Shown: positions 40,850-53,662 of the stretch, one piece after another
Position numbering within the stretch: the stretch's first letter is position 1
How the letters are laid out: the number at the start of each line of letters is the position of its first letter
Source of the DNA: Paragordius varius
Lineage: Eukaryota > Animalia > Nematomorpha
Assembly: GCA_964247055.1 (NCBI GenBank)
Contig: OZ176053.1
Location: 434,001 to 498,000 of the forward strand
Direction of reading: 5' to 3'
Length of the DNA stretch: 64,000 nt
The notes under the pieces: model-generated
Told to the model about the DNA's origin: nothing
The model's input: only the letters and a program-made list of their open reading frames with translations
The model's database searches: none
Translations under genes and position numbers: made by a program

Positions 40850-41660
40850 AATTTGCTTTAAGCCTTGGACCTTACAATCATTCAAGTAATTACACTTTTA
40901 TGGTTATTGGTTCATAAAATCGCAAAATCTGCGGAAATAATAAAAATTTTTGGGGAAAGCTGAACGATTTAAACCAAAAGACTGTTGTATTCACATTATT
41001 GTTACTTACTGATGAGTGCTAACAAGCACGAAACTAGTCTACGATTACTATTGACGAAAGGGTTTCACATATCATCTATAATTTCTGTTAATAATTATCT
41101 TTCTATTAATTTTCTATTAGATTTTCGATTATTTTTATATTACGGATTTTACAACTGTCATAAATACTGTAGAACCATTTTGGCCAACAATAACGTCAAT
41201 AGGCCTGCATAAATGTTTATATACATTAAAAATAATCTTTAAAACTTTTATCATAGTTTTTAATGCAGGCCCCGAAAATAAATTAGATTTTTAAGCAGAA
41301 TATTTATTTTTTCGCAAAAACTTTTTTGATGAAATTTAGCATATAATTAATATTGGTATCGCGCAAGCTAGGCTTATTCGCTTTCATTTTAAGAGAATAG
41401 GCCCTTTTCTATGGGAAAAAATGGCATTGTTAAAGCTCACATCTGAAAATTAGAATTTTGTAAAAATTAATTTTTTAAAGATTATTATATATTTTAGTAA
41501 TATTTTTTGTGATGAAGCATTTGGCTTTCACCAAAAATTTTTATTTAGCAAAATGTGCGCTATTTTGCCATTTTATAATAGGAGATAACACCACAAAAGT
41601 GTAAATAACTTTTTCAATTTTTCGTGACTAAAACCAAAATCACATAATAATCCTAACATT
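40850..41660. mobile_element. Long-TIR foldback element, family G copy 1
   Basis: 40897-40970 is the reverse complement of about 41520-41605. The right arm is similar to 61380-61535. Boundaries are approximate. Confidence 0.55.
41001..41045 (+). ncRNA. Minimal type I hammerhead ribozyme (Penelope/retrozyme-like)
   Basis: CTGATGA at 41009-41015, stem II GTGCT-aaca-AGCAC, GAAA, palindromic stem III ACTAGT and a GTC cleavage triplet ending at 41039. Stem I is only weakly paired. Confidence 0.75.
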
Positions 41661-41667
41661 AACTTCT

Positions 41668-41669
<2 letters not shown>

Positions 41670-41708
<39 letters not shown>

Positions 41709-41718
41709 TATATATATA
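41670..41718. repeat. (TA)n microsatellite; others at about 363, 1279, 26135, 29986, 30869, 34876, 45613, 58572 and 61585
   Basis: Read directly from the sequence. Confidence 0.95.
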
Positions 41719-41745
41719 TTTATTATTTCATCAGATATTTTTTAA

Positions 41746-42282
41746 CACCTTTATTCAAATTGGGGTAAATATCCCACATATTTTAAAAAACTACTGGAAT
41801 AAACGGTTTCAAATTAAAATTATGCTTCTATCCTAATAAAAATTATATATATAAGCCAAATATCTAAATATAATTTAGATTAAAAAAAACCGTATCAAAC
41901 TACTCGGACGCCATTTTATTTTACAAAATTTTTGCAAAATATTGTGTTTAATTGATTCTAAGGCTAAAATTAAGTTTATTTTTTATTTAAACCACATTTA
42001 ACATTAATTTAAACATAAAAAGTGGTAAATTTTGGATTATTTTTATATTTGACTTATGCACACATGTCAATATGGCCATTTAGAATAGGGTTTTACCTCT
42101 GAATAAGATATACCAAGTAATCTTAAATGAATTTTTTATTATTTGGTTGATTAATGTTATATAAGTGCAAACCTTTGCCAGGGTTTCAATTTATTTAATA
42201 TTTTTTGAAATATAATATTTTTAACAAGCCTGGGATATCTAACTACCCCAATTTGAATCGAAAAATGAATGTGTTGTAAGTG
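41746..42282 (+). mobile_element. piggyBac-like MITE, family D copy 2
   Basis: TTAA at 41742-41745; the right flank is TTGA. Same internal sequence as copies 1 and 3. Confidence 0.75.
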
Positions 42283-42354
42283 TTGAACCCTCGATTTTGG
42301 ATAAGGCTTTATAAGAATTTTGTTTTATGGTTAAATGTATGTAATGAAATAAAT

Positions 42355-45300
42355 ATGAAACACACTCAAATCAAATTTCAAGCAGATTTGGGTCGTTTTG
42401 ATCGGGACACAGATTCTTTGCTTATTTGCTGTCAACCTAATGAACTATCCAAAATTGATTTTAATAATAAAATCAAAGAATTTATATCTGATAACATTAA
42501 TTTTCAAGTATGTTTTTTGCCAAAATAATATATAGATTATCAAAGACATCTATTGCACTGCCATAGATACTTATCAGGATAGACATATTTTTTTGACTGG
42601 AGATAGTTATTACCCATATTTACTTGACAGAGAAAGTGGTTTATACATTTTACCTCCTCATTCATCTCGCCACAATGCCCCAAATCGTCCTATATCGTTA
42701 ACAAAATTTTTAACAAGCAAAAATTTTCGCCTCAAATATAAAACCTGTCTTGAAATTAAGGATGAAAATAATGCACCGGTTCCACCCGAAAATGTCATTA
42801 CTCCGATGGGAGTAGTCACCATATCCAAAGACACTTCAAACGTACCCAAAATGGTAATTTTTTAAATTTGAATAAAATTGTATTTGACCCTTTTAACTTT
42901 GGTTTAGGCCAGGTAACTTTGAATTATTTATTTAATAAAATATGTAATTATTTTGTTTTCTATTCATCATTAAATTATAATACATTTACACTTAAAATCA
43001 GTTTGTCGACTTTTAGCTTTCTATCATTTGGGAGTTTCTCCTCTAAAGTTATACGTAATAAAATTTTTTAATATGTAGTTTATACATTAAGCCACAATTC
43101 CATAGTAAAATTATTGATTGAATTATTTAAATATATAATGTTAGTTAGCCATATTTATAAATTTTAATATTCGATTATTAATTTATGACAATATTAACAG
43201 CATATATTTTCAAGTTTGCTTTCCACATTTAATTTTTTGCAATTTGTTTTTTAACAAAGTTCATATTTTAAGTTTTCAAACTACTTTCCAAACTACTTGC
43301 TAGAAAATTATCTTTATAAATATAAATTTTGCTAAAATAATAATTTAATTTTTATCGTTTTTTTTATCGTTCATTATTACAGACAAATCTTGCATTATCA
43401 CGCCTACATTTGCTTATAGCTTGTCCCAGGTCACATATGATATCATATGGGGTAGCTATAGCCAGAGCTTATCCAGCCTACTGCGTTAAAACATCCGAAT
43501 GTGAAATGCCTTACATTAATCTTTCTACCGTGGAAGTAGACGGCGTTACCATGGCAACGACAACTCATGAACGCCGAGTTAGTGCCATTGACCTTAAAAA
43601 ACCGTTTCAAGGTAGTGGTTATTTTACAGTTAGAGGTTTTATTTCCATTTTTTTTTATTTTGAGATTTTAGAGAACTTTTGTTTATAAAATGTTTTAAAG
43701 AACTATTGTTTTCCTTGTTTCCTTACATCAAATACAAGTCATATTTTCAAACTCTTGAAATTTTCTTTTCTCCGATGTTTTAACTTAAATAATTACATGT
43801 TGACAACTTACGAAAGCCGAAAAAGCGCCATAGCCTTTTAAAAAAACTGTTTCAAGGTTACCTAGCTGGCTTAGTTTTTCAGTTTTACAATTTAAGATCC
43901 TTATTTTCTTTTTTTGATTGTGAGATAGATTTTAGATTTTTTAATCATTTCTAAGGGGTCCCATTCCTCCGAGTTTTTTAATTATTTCTTTATTGTGTAT
44001 TGGCACGTATTTTTTTCCAACTTTGGAAAAGTTCTATCCTCTCCATATGTTTAAACCTTAAATATTAGAAACTCTATTGATAATAACGACATAACTCTCA
44101 AGAAATGTTTTTAGGGACTGGCTTTTTTGGATAAAAGTCTATTTTAATTTTTAAAAGTTTAAGATTTTTTGGAAAACTTTGGTTATATTTAATCTATTAT
44201 ATTATAAATATTTGACATTTTTGGTTAAATTATAGTTTTAATTCTGATAGAATTATTTGTATATTCTTAATATACTGATTTACAAAAGATTGGAACAAAA
44301 AGATTTTCTCTTTAATGAGACCCTAATTGTTTTAGTTTTTAAAATTTATCATTATATTGTAAGTATATTCAATATGGTTAGTTTTTATCCGACTTTAAGT
44401 TTATTGGATATTTTAATCATTTTGAATTCATATATATATATATTTATATATATATATATATATATCTGTTTGATGTAACTATTGTTTTTGGAAATTAAAT
44501 TTTTGATATTATAGTTTTTTAAACCCATTTGCAATAGATATAAATGATAATAAAATTATTAATAAATTTTATTTAGTTTTTTTTTAAAAAAAATTCATTC
44601 TTTCCATATATTTTTAGATAAAGAAACTACGAATGATAAAAATAAGGCATCCGATGATTTTGCCCGTCAAATTATCGTACATTATCAATTTACTGATGAC
44701 AATGAGGTAATATATTGTTAATTAAAAAATCTTACTAAAAAATTAAATTTTTTATAAGTTTTTTGTAAAAATAATAATTAGTTTGATACATAAAAACTTA
44801 AAAACGTTATAAATATTGTGTTTTTTTCATATTTACACATTAAAAATTTCATTATCAACTTAAAATCTTTATAAATTGTTATGTATGACAAAATGTAAAA
44901 ATTTTTTGACACCCTAAAAAATACTTTAATATCTATCTTTTTATGCTAAATTATTATTATTTTTTCCTTCATTATTTGATTACAGGATTCACCAAGTTTC
45001 TTAACGAAAGATGAATGTTACTTGTTGGAACATTTAAGTTATGGCGTCCGTTTAGCTGCAATTTTGGTTGATATGCCTTGCAATATACTTAGTACTAATG
45101 AATTTATTCAAGTTTTTTTTTTACATTTATTATTTCTACTAAGATTTAGAATATTAAAGTTTTTTTTAATAAATAACATAAAAATTAAAAAAATATTGCA
45201 AGAAATATAAAAATTTTTGGACTTTGAATAGGTTATCTTGAGATAGAACATATAAAAATTACTTTGCGATCCAAAATGACGCGAAGGTTTAATACCATTT

Positions 45301-45610
45301 ATTATTTAAATTCACCCTTGAAAAATTCAAATTTACCCTAAAAATAAATTATGTGTTTTCGGGCTAATATACATCATTATTAATATGAAATACCACATCT
45401 TAATGGCTTATTTTTTTGTTTTTATAAGTATTGTTTTAATTTTAAACAAAATTTTGTTTTAAATATAATAAAAATAGGTAATTTTAATTTTGAATTTGAA
45501 ATGTTTAAGGGTGAATTTGGTATGTAAATGGTATTGATTTTCTTTTGAATTCTTCATCTTTTAATTTTATGTTTACTCCGTATACATTTAATTTTTATTT
45601 TCTCAACTAC

Positions 45611-45644
<34 letters not shown>

Positions 45645-48600
45645 TTTAAATTTCAAATTCACCCCTTAACAAGTCAAATTATATTTTAACTTAAATTCAC
45701 GCTTAATTAAATTATGGTTTTTTAAAATTAAAAATTATTTTTAATAAAATGAAATTTTAGTTTAAAATCAAAATAATACTAAAAAAATAAATAGGAATTT
45801 ATAAATATATTAGAATAACTTTTTTTATAATTTATATATATTTAGGAAATCGAGCGGATTGGCAAAGATTTAGGAATCGAAGCTAAAGTAATTCGAGGCA
45901 CAGAATTACAAGCCAGGGGGTTTGGAGGTTTTCATTTTATTTAAATTTTTTGATTTTAATAATATATTTTTCAAAATATATACAGACCGCCCCCTAATGA
46001 CCACAACAAAATATGTGCATAGCTCAATATTTTTACATTTTTAAGAATTAATATTGATTTTTTGAACTAAGTTTAATTATAATTAATATTGGATTTTTTT
46101 CAATCATCTGGATTTTAACTGTAACCTTACAATTATATATAATGGTAGTAAAAATTGATAGTTTTTTAAGTTTTAGTTCATTTTTGTTTTGAAAAAAGGT
46201 TTAAATGATAAAATTATATATTTAAAGACTTTGAAAAAAAATATTTTTTTATTCTAATAAAGGCATATATGGAGTTGGTAAAGCCGCCGTAAATCCGCCA
46301 GCTCTCGTCGTTTTAAGTTATGCGCCATCAGCTGATACAGAAAATTCTTCTGGAATTGACGAACAAAAAATCTTGAATATAGCTTGGGTTGGAAAGGGGA
46401 TTGTATACGATACAGGCGGCTTAAGTCTCAAAGGAAAAGTATATCATTTTTTATAATTTTATTTAACAAAAAGTGTTTATGTATAATTAAAATTACTCTA
46501 TATATACAGTAAAAATTGAAATTATACCATGGACAAAACGTAAAAATATAATAAAGACAATATTTTTTTGAAAAGATAACCATACTTTTTCTAACCTTAT
46601 ATTTTCGTATATAAATTACTTAATTAAAATAGTAAAACAGATAATTGATTGTGTTAGTAATTTATATATCCATGTTATACTTTAAAGTTTAAAACATAAT
46701 ATTATATTTTTTAATAAAATGTTGATTAACATATATGTTTTATTATGCCAATTAAAGTCAAAAACATCTATTTTAATAATTAAACATTTGCAAAAAAATT
46801 TATTTAATTGTTTATGTTTATTAAAAATAATTTTACCTATTTTACTAGTAAAATCAAATTTTTATGCAATTGATATACCATAGAATTTTAGTGATGATTT
46901 TACGGAAAATTTGCGATTATATTTATTAAAATAATTTTTTTTATATTTCACTTGTTTTAAAATACTGTTCGATATTATTTAACCATTCGTGGGATTTTTT
47001 ATACGTGTTTCATGTGTACAATAAATATATTATTTAACTCATTGTACTAAAAATTAAAAAATGTTTTGTCTTTTTCTATTGTCTGTATTTTATTTGAATC
47101 CTATTATATTTTTCAGACCGCTATGCCAGGAATGAAAAGGGATTGTGGAGGTGCAGCGGCTATCTTGGGCGCTTTTTATACCACCATTAAAATGGTTTTG
47201 AAATTTACAAAAAAAAATTTTTTAAGTTTTTTTGAGTTTTTTATAAAAAATTTGATTTATAATTGATTTGGTTTGAAATATCTATAAATTACTATTTTTT
47301 TTGAAAAATTGTTTGTAATAATTATGATGTTTTTTCCAACGTTTTTTATATGTAGTGAATATTTTTATAAAACCATATTTATTTTCTAACCTTAATTTTT
47401 TGGTCCATTTACACTAAAATTTCATTCTTGAACATTCAAATTCACTCTAAAATAAATTATGTTTTATGAAGATTAAAAATTGCTTAATTTTTTATACTTT
47501 TAAAAAATAAAATTTTGATTAAAATTTTAATAATATTCAAAAAATAATAAGCCAAGTCATAAAGATATATATCATATAAATAATGAGTTATATTAGTGCC
47601 CGAAAACACATAATTTATTTTTCGAGGGTGAATTTGAATTGTTCAAGGGGGAATTCGAATTGTAAATGGTATGTTACAGATATAATTGATAAAACACTTA
47701 TATTATATTTTAAAATTGGATTATAAAGCTTATTAACATAATTATTGTTGTTTCTTAATAAAAAAATTAGTTTTTTTATTAAAGTTGATTCACTTGTTTT
47801 ACAAGAAATTAAGATTTTTAAAATTTATCAAAACGGTTTTCAAAATTTTAAACACTTTCAAAATTTTATCTATCGTCCTTTTTAGGGTTTCAGACATAAC
47901 TTACATGCCGTTTTCTGTTTGGCTGAAAATGCTGTAGGCCCTAATGCTACTCGACCAGATGATATACATACTTTGTATTCAGGAAAGTTTGAAATTTATT
48001 TTTTTACTAAAAACATTTTTTTTACTAAAAAAACACTTTTTAACCTTTTATAAACTATTATCTGTATTAAATTATTAATTTTTTTTTAATATATATCGTT
48101 GTAATTACAAATATATATACTTGATTAATATTTATAATATTATTGTTTTATCGAAAATCATTTTATTGTGTTGTGAAGCATCATTAAAGTAAAATATTCT
48201 TTAATTTTAGGATAAATCATTATTAAAATTTTGTTTTCTATTTAGAACGGTTGAAATTAACAATACTGATGCCGAGGGGCGATTAGTTCTTGCTGATGGG
48301 GTAATTTTTTACCCTCCTTATACATTTAATTAACCAATTATTTTTATGGATTAATTTTAACCTAATTTTGTTTTGATTAAGATTTATTTATATGATCTCA
48401 TTTTAGTATTTCATATAATTTTTTAAATTCTTTCTATGGAAAGTCGGTGTAGATGATTATCATTTTATCATCCAAAATATTTTTATGGATTACCTATTTT
48501 TTTATTAAGATTATAAGATCTCCTCATTTGAAATCCATAAATTTTTTTCAATTCTTTCTATGGAAATTGGGTTAATTTTTATATATTTTTCGTTTTGTTT

Positions 48601-51600
48601 TTTTATGGATCACCTATTTTTTGATTCAGATTTATAAGATCTCATTTGAAATCCATATATTTTTTTCAATTCTTTCTATGGAAAATGGGTGATCAATTAA
48701 CTATCCAAAATTTTTAAATAGCCTATTCTTTGTAGGATTTTAAGGTTTATATGATCTTTGAAATTTATAATTTTTTTAATTCTTTCTATGGAAAATGGGT
48801 TTAGATTTTAAACATTTAATTATCCAAAATATTTTTATGGGTTCCTATTTTTTTTGATTAACATTCATAAAATTTCATTTGAAATCCATAAATTTTTTTC
48901 AATTCTTTCTTTGGAAAATGGGTTAATTTTTATATACTTTGTTATCCAAATATTTTTATGGATTACCTATTTTTTTATTAAGATTTATAAGATCTCTTCA
49001 TTTGAAATCAAATTGTTTTCAATTCTTTCTATGGGAAATGGGTGTAGATTTTTATACATTTAATTATCCAAAATATTTTTATGGATTACCTATTTTTTTG
49101 ATTAAGATTTATAAAATCTCTTCATTTGAAATCCATAAATTTTTTTCAATTCTTTCTATGGAAAATGGGTTTAGATTTTATATATAGAAATTTTAGTTAT
49201 TTTTGTGTTTTGCTTTGCGTTAAACATAGGTAGCTTATGCTAGTACAGGTTCTTGCTGATGGGGTAATTTTTTACCCTTAAACATTTTATTACCCAAAAT
49301 ATTTTTGTAATATTTTAAGGTTTATATGATCTCTTCATTTGAAATCCATAAAATTTTTTTCAATTCTTTCTATGGGAAAATGGGTTAATTTTTATATATT
49401 TGATTATCCAAATTATTTTTATAGATTAATTTTAACCTATTTTTTTTAATTAAGATTTATATGATCTCATTTTTGTATCATATAATTTTTAAATTCTTTC
49501 TATGGAAAATGGGTTGATTTTTATATATAGAAAATTTTAGTTATTTTTGTGTTTTGTTTTGCGTTAAACATGGGTAGCATATGCCAGTACAGGTTCTTGC
49601 TGATGGGGTAATTTTTTACCCTTAAACATTTTATTACCCGAAATATTTTTGTAAAATTTTAAGATTTATAAGATCTTATTTGTAATCCATAAATTTTTTT
49701 TTCAATTCTTTCTTTGGAAAATCGGTTTAATTTTCTTTGTTTTATGTGTGTTAAATATAGGTAGCTTATGCCAGTACAGATCTCGAATGTGATATTATAG
49801 TGGATATGGCAACATTGACCGGGGCTCAGGGCATATCAACAGGAAAATATCACGGGGCAGTTATAACTAACAATGCCGATTGGTAAAAATATTTTTGTAC
49901 ATTTTTAACCAAAAAAAACTAAATAATCGCAAAATAATTTTACGTAATTATCAAAAAAAATATGTGTTTTATAGTTTTTTTATTATATTATATAGCTAGG
50001 GTTAGGTTTTTTTAAGTTAATAGTTTTATTTTTAATTATTTAGCTTGAGTTAGGTTTTTTTTCGTTCAATAAAAAATAACGGATCTGTTCGCTTATGAAA
50101 GTATTCATTTATGCACATAGGCAGTAATTACAAATGTAAATATATATGTTGTAACTACATAAAAAATTGAAATTATACTATGGACAAAACATAAAAATAT
50201 AAAGACAAATATTTTTTTCTAAAAGACAACAACCATACTTTTTAAATCTTTCTTGATTTATTTCAATATAAATCATTGTTTTAAAATGGCAAAGTGTGAA
50301 ATAGAGATATATAATACTAACACAATCAATTCTATATTTTACATTTGTAACTACCTAATAGCTTATATGAGAAAATTAAAGGTTTCCAAAGTATAGGGTT
50401 GTCTTTAAAATATTTCTCTTTATATTTTACGTTTTGTCCGTATAATTTCAATTCTTACTGTATTATACACTTCTCACTTAAAATCTCCTTAAGTATTTAC
50501 ATAATTTTTTAAAAATTTAGACCTTCAATTAATTTTTTTTATGAATCCTTTTTTAAAATCTGATTTTAGGGAGACTTTTGCTTGTCAAGCTGGTCGAATA
50601 AGCGGTGATTTGGTTTTCCCACTTCCCTATTGTCCAGAACTGCATATGAGTGAATTTTCTAGCACATTTGCGGATATGAAAAATTCTGTCGCTGTATATA
50701 AACATATATACATATTTCCTTTTTACAATAATTTTTTTGGGCAAAAATGTTTTTTAGTAAAAAAACGATATTATAAAGATATAATATTGACAATAAAATG
50801 CTAATATTTGTTTAATTTTAGATATATTTTAATTCTATAAAATATAGCTTAATTAAAAATTAAGATTTAATAAAAATATGGTTTTATTTATAAACTTTTT
50901 TTAGTATTTTATATTTTTTAAATTTTGCCATATAATTTAAATGTGAAAGATTCGGATTTATAAAAAATAACTATGATCTTTGATTATGACATACTTATGT
51001 AATGATTATTCTAAAATAAAATACAGTAAAAACTAAAATTATACGGACAAAACGTAAATATATAAATATAATTATTTTTTTCTAAAAGACAACTAACCAT
51101 ACATTTTCAAACCTCAATTTATCCTATAAAAATCATTTAATTCCAATTGTAAAATACAATCCCTATTTTATATTTTGAAGATCAAACAAAAAGTTATAAT
51201 TAAAAAAATATAAAAAGTATGTTGTCATTTGAAAAAAAAATATTTGTCTTTATATTGTATTGTATGTTTATCCGTATAATTTCAATTTTTACTGTAAGTA
51301 ATTTTTTTTATAATTTTTACTGCAAATTTTTTTTTGTAAAAGAATTGTGTCTTTATTTAATTTATTTTAGAATCGAGATAATGCCCAAAGCTCTTGTGCT
51401 GCCTTGTTTATAGCTTCGCATTTAGTTCAAGATTTCAATTTTCCTGGCGTTTGGATGCATATTGATATGGCCTCACCTGTTCATAATGTAATTTAATTTA
51501 TGAATGTTAAAACTTTCATTTAAGATTTTGTCTTTTTTGGCATATTTCAAAAGGGTTTATCATTGTTTTAGTTTATATAATATGGGCCAGATTGTGTTTG

Positions 51601-52082
51601 GGAATTAATTTAAGGCGATTATAATATATATTTGTCATAAATTGAAACTTTTTAACATTTTACGCCAAAACTTATTATTTATGGTGTGTTTGATCAATTC
51701 TATAAAAAAATTATTATGCAACCTTGGCAGAACACAACATTAAAACTAAAAACCGCAGTTTATGGAGTAGTTTTATTTACAATATTGCAAATAGTCGACC
51801 TCGACTGTAGCAATACTTACACACATAGCATATATATATATACATATATATAGTTTTCTCAATATTTCTTTTCACATTTTATATTATTTTTTATGGATTT
51901 TGATATAGGGTGAAAGAGCAACCGGATATGGGGTGGGCTTGTTAACAACCCTTTTTGGGTTCGGTTCAAATAATACGCATCTACAATCTGTGTCTCCTGT
52001 TAAGGCCTTAACAAGGGGTGATGGACAAAATTTTCCAATTTTTCCTACAGTAAAACATTTCTTTTTTCATTTTTTGAGTTAA
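42355..52082 (+). CDS. NPEPL1: Probable aminopeptidase NPEPL1 (M17 family), 14 exons; possible 15th exon at 52607-53146
   Basis: Exons 42355-42507, 42536-42853, 43383-43611, 44618-44706, 44986-45111, 45846-45927, 46263-46438, 47117-47194, 47886-47986, 48246-48300, 49761-49882, 50570-50693, 51371-51487, 51909-52049/52082. Motifs SRHNAP, GVRLAA..VDMPCN, GFGGIYGVGKAA, WVGKGIVYDTGGLSLK, MPGMKRDCGG, NTDAEGRLVLADG, DMKNSV and GERATGYGV; M17 metal ligands are intact. Confidence 0.95.
45295..45531. mobile_element. Family A foldback MITE
   Basis: Both termini are present. A partial left arm follows at about 45642-45800 after a (TA)n tract. Confidence 0.75.
46507..46680. mobile_element. Family B MITE, left half
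   Basis: TA-CAGTAAAAATTGAAATTATAC...GGACAAAACG. Confidence 0.7.
47405..47669. mobile_element. Family A foldback MITE (opposite core orientation)
   Basis: CCATTTAC ... GTAAATGG-TA. Confidence 0.75.
48310..49740 (+). repeat. About 120-bp minisatellite (about 10 units) filling NPEPL1 intron 10, including two exon-junction duplicates
   Basis: The anchor ATTCTTTCT(A/T)TGG recurs near 48428, 48551, 48668, 48779, 48901, 49021, 49148, 49362, 49492 and 49703. Confidence 0.9.
50158..50460. mobile_element. Family B MITE (reverse orientation)
   Basis: Right end TTTTGTCCGTATAATTTCAATTCTTACTG-TA. Confidence 0.8.
51024..51294. mobile_element. Family B MITE
   Basis: TA-CAGT ... ACTG-TA. Confidence 0.85.
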
Positions 52083-52606
52083 ATAGTAAACTTTAAACTA
52101 TTTTAATTTAAAAAAATTTAAGTGACGCCCTTTTTTGATATCGGAACGAACTACCTTTTTTTCGAAAACTTGACGGTTTAATTGTATTTAAAATTTTGGT
52201 TTCATGTTTTTTTTGTTACAATTTTAGTAAAGCGTTTTTTGCAATCAAATTATAGCTTATTGATAGTTTAATGTGAATAAATAAATAAATAACTAAAAGG
52301 TATAATTTTATATATTTTGGTGCCTACTTTATTCTCAGATTGTATATAAAATTCTCTATTTGATATTTTATAAAATGTAACAAAGTAATATGGAGCTATA
52401 AAAATTTAGAGTTCACATCTTACAAATTAGCATCAAAAAATTTAGGTTCTAGTTATTGATTTTGGCAATTGCCACATTTTTTTAAAAAAAACTTGTGTTT
52501 AAAATAAAATATATCTAGGGTTTTAAATGTATATATATTTCTTGTTTTTCGATAGTATTGTTTTGAATTAACACAAAAAAATTCATTTTTTCGTACACCC
52601 ATATAG

Positions 52607-53146
52607 GAAAGAACAGTTATAAATCGCAATGAATTCGGTAATGTTGTTTCCACACGCTCAGGTCATGAAGACCCATTCGGTTTGATTGGGAAAATGATGA
52701 AAACACGTACTCACCCTAATACAAATAACTACTCAAATAATCCAACTCCTAAAACATTAACAGAAGAACAATCGCCAAAAATATCGAATAGCGTGTCACG
52801 TGCTCACGCACCTCGTGATAATGTAGGAAATGTCGTGTTTTTCTTAGGTGTCCCTGGTGGAACTCAAGACGCTAGGAATTCTGGGGCAAGAAATCAAAGC
52901 AATAATCATACAACTAATTTTGAAACTTTAACCATTTCTTCGACCTGTTCCTCACACCTCAATAAAGAAGATAAACTTGAAAATAGTCCCCCCATATTAA
53001 CAAATAGTGTATCAGATAATTCGATCAAGAATTCAGCCTTGAAAAAATCTATCATATCTCCGCGTCGCAATCGACTCTCTTTTAACAACGAAAATAAAAA
53101 TGGTGCTAAAATGGAACAACTGCCCTTAATTAAGGGTGGTTATTGA
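52607..53146 (+). CDS. Low-complexity Ser/Asn-rich coding exon (179 aa), probably an NPEPL1 C-terminal extension
   Basis: The frame is open from acceptor atatag|GAA at 52607 to TGA at 53146. It is phase 0 and compatible with the donor ACA|GTAAAA at 52049/52050 in NPEPL1 exon 14. Confidence 0.55.
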   Translation, partial: ERTVINRNEFGNVVSTRSGHEDPFGLIGKMMKTRTHPNTNNYSNNPTPKTLTEEQSPKISNSVSRAHAPRDNVGNVVFFLGVPGGTQDARNSGARNQSNNHTTNFETLTISSTCSSHLNKEDKLENSPPILTNSVSDNSIKNSALKKSIISPRRNRLSFNNENKNGAKMEQLPLIKGGY

Positions 53147-53169
53147 ATAAAACAGACTACCTCTTTATA

Positions 53170-53461
53170 ATTTGTTAAAATTGAAGATATACGGACAAAA
53201 TGTGAAAATATAAAGACAAATATGTTTCAAAAGACAACCATGCCTGTTCAATCTCGATTTTTTTTCGAATTTATATTTTTTCTTAAAATTGCTAAATATG
53301 AAATAGATATGTATATATTGGTAACACAAATCAATTTTATATTTGATGGTATGTATATATAATTTATAAAAGAAAATTTAGATATTAAAAAGTATGGTTA
53401 GAAAAAAATATTTGTCTTTATATTTTTACGTTTTATCCGTTTAATTTTAGTTTTTATACTG
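53170..53461. mobile_element. Family B MITE
   Basis: TATACGGACAAAA ... TTTTATCCG ... ACTG-TA. Confidence 0.75.
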
Positions 53462-53662
53462 TAATATGCATGATTAGTAAATTATAATAGTAGGTGTAGG
53501 ACACAATACTCTTTAACTTAGTTTTCCTATTACTCTATGCACAATAATATTTTTTTCTAGAAAATTATTATATGTATTGCATATATTCATTAGTAAATTA
53601 ATTTATATGAAACATATATACTAATAAATTTTAATTAATTTATTTTTTTTATATATCATATA

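Noticed and set aside
42280-42354. Upstream TTG start of ORF 42280-42528; also ORF 62106-62393
   Set aside because: Both begin in the family D MITE. NPEPL1 homology starts at ATG 42355.
48854-49187. ORFs 48854-49063 and 48939-49187
   Set aside because: They are translations of the intronic 120-bp minisatellite.
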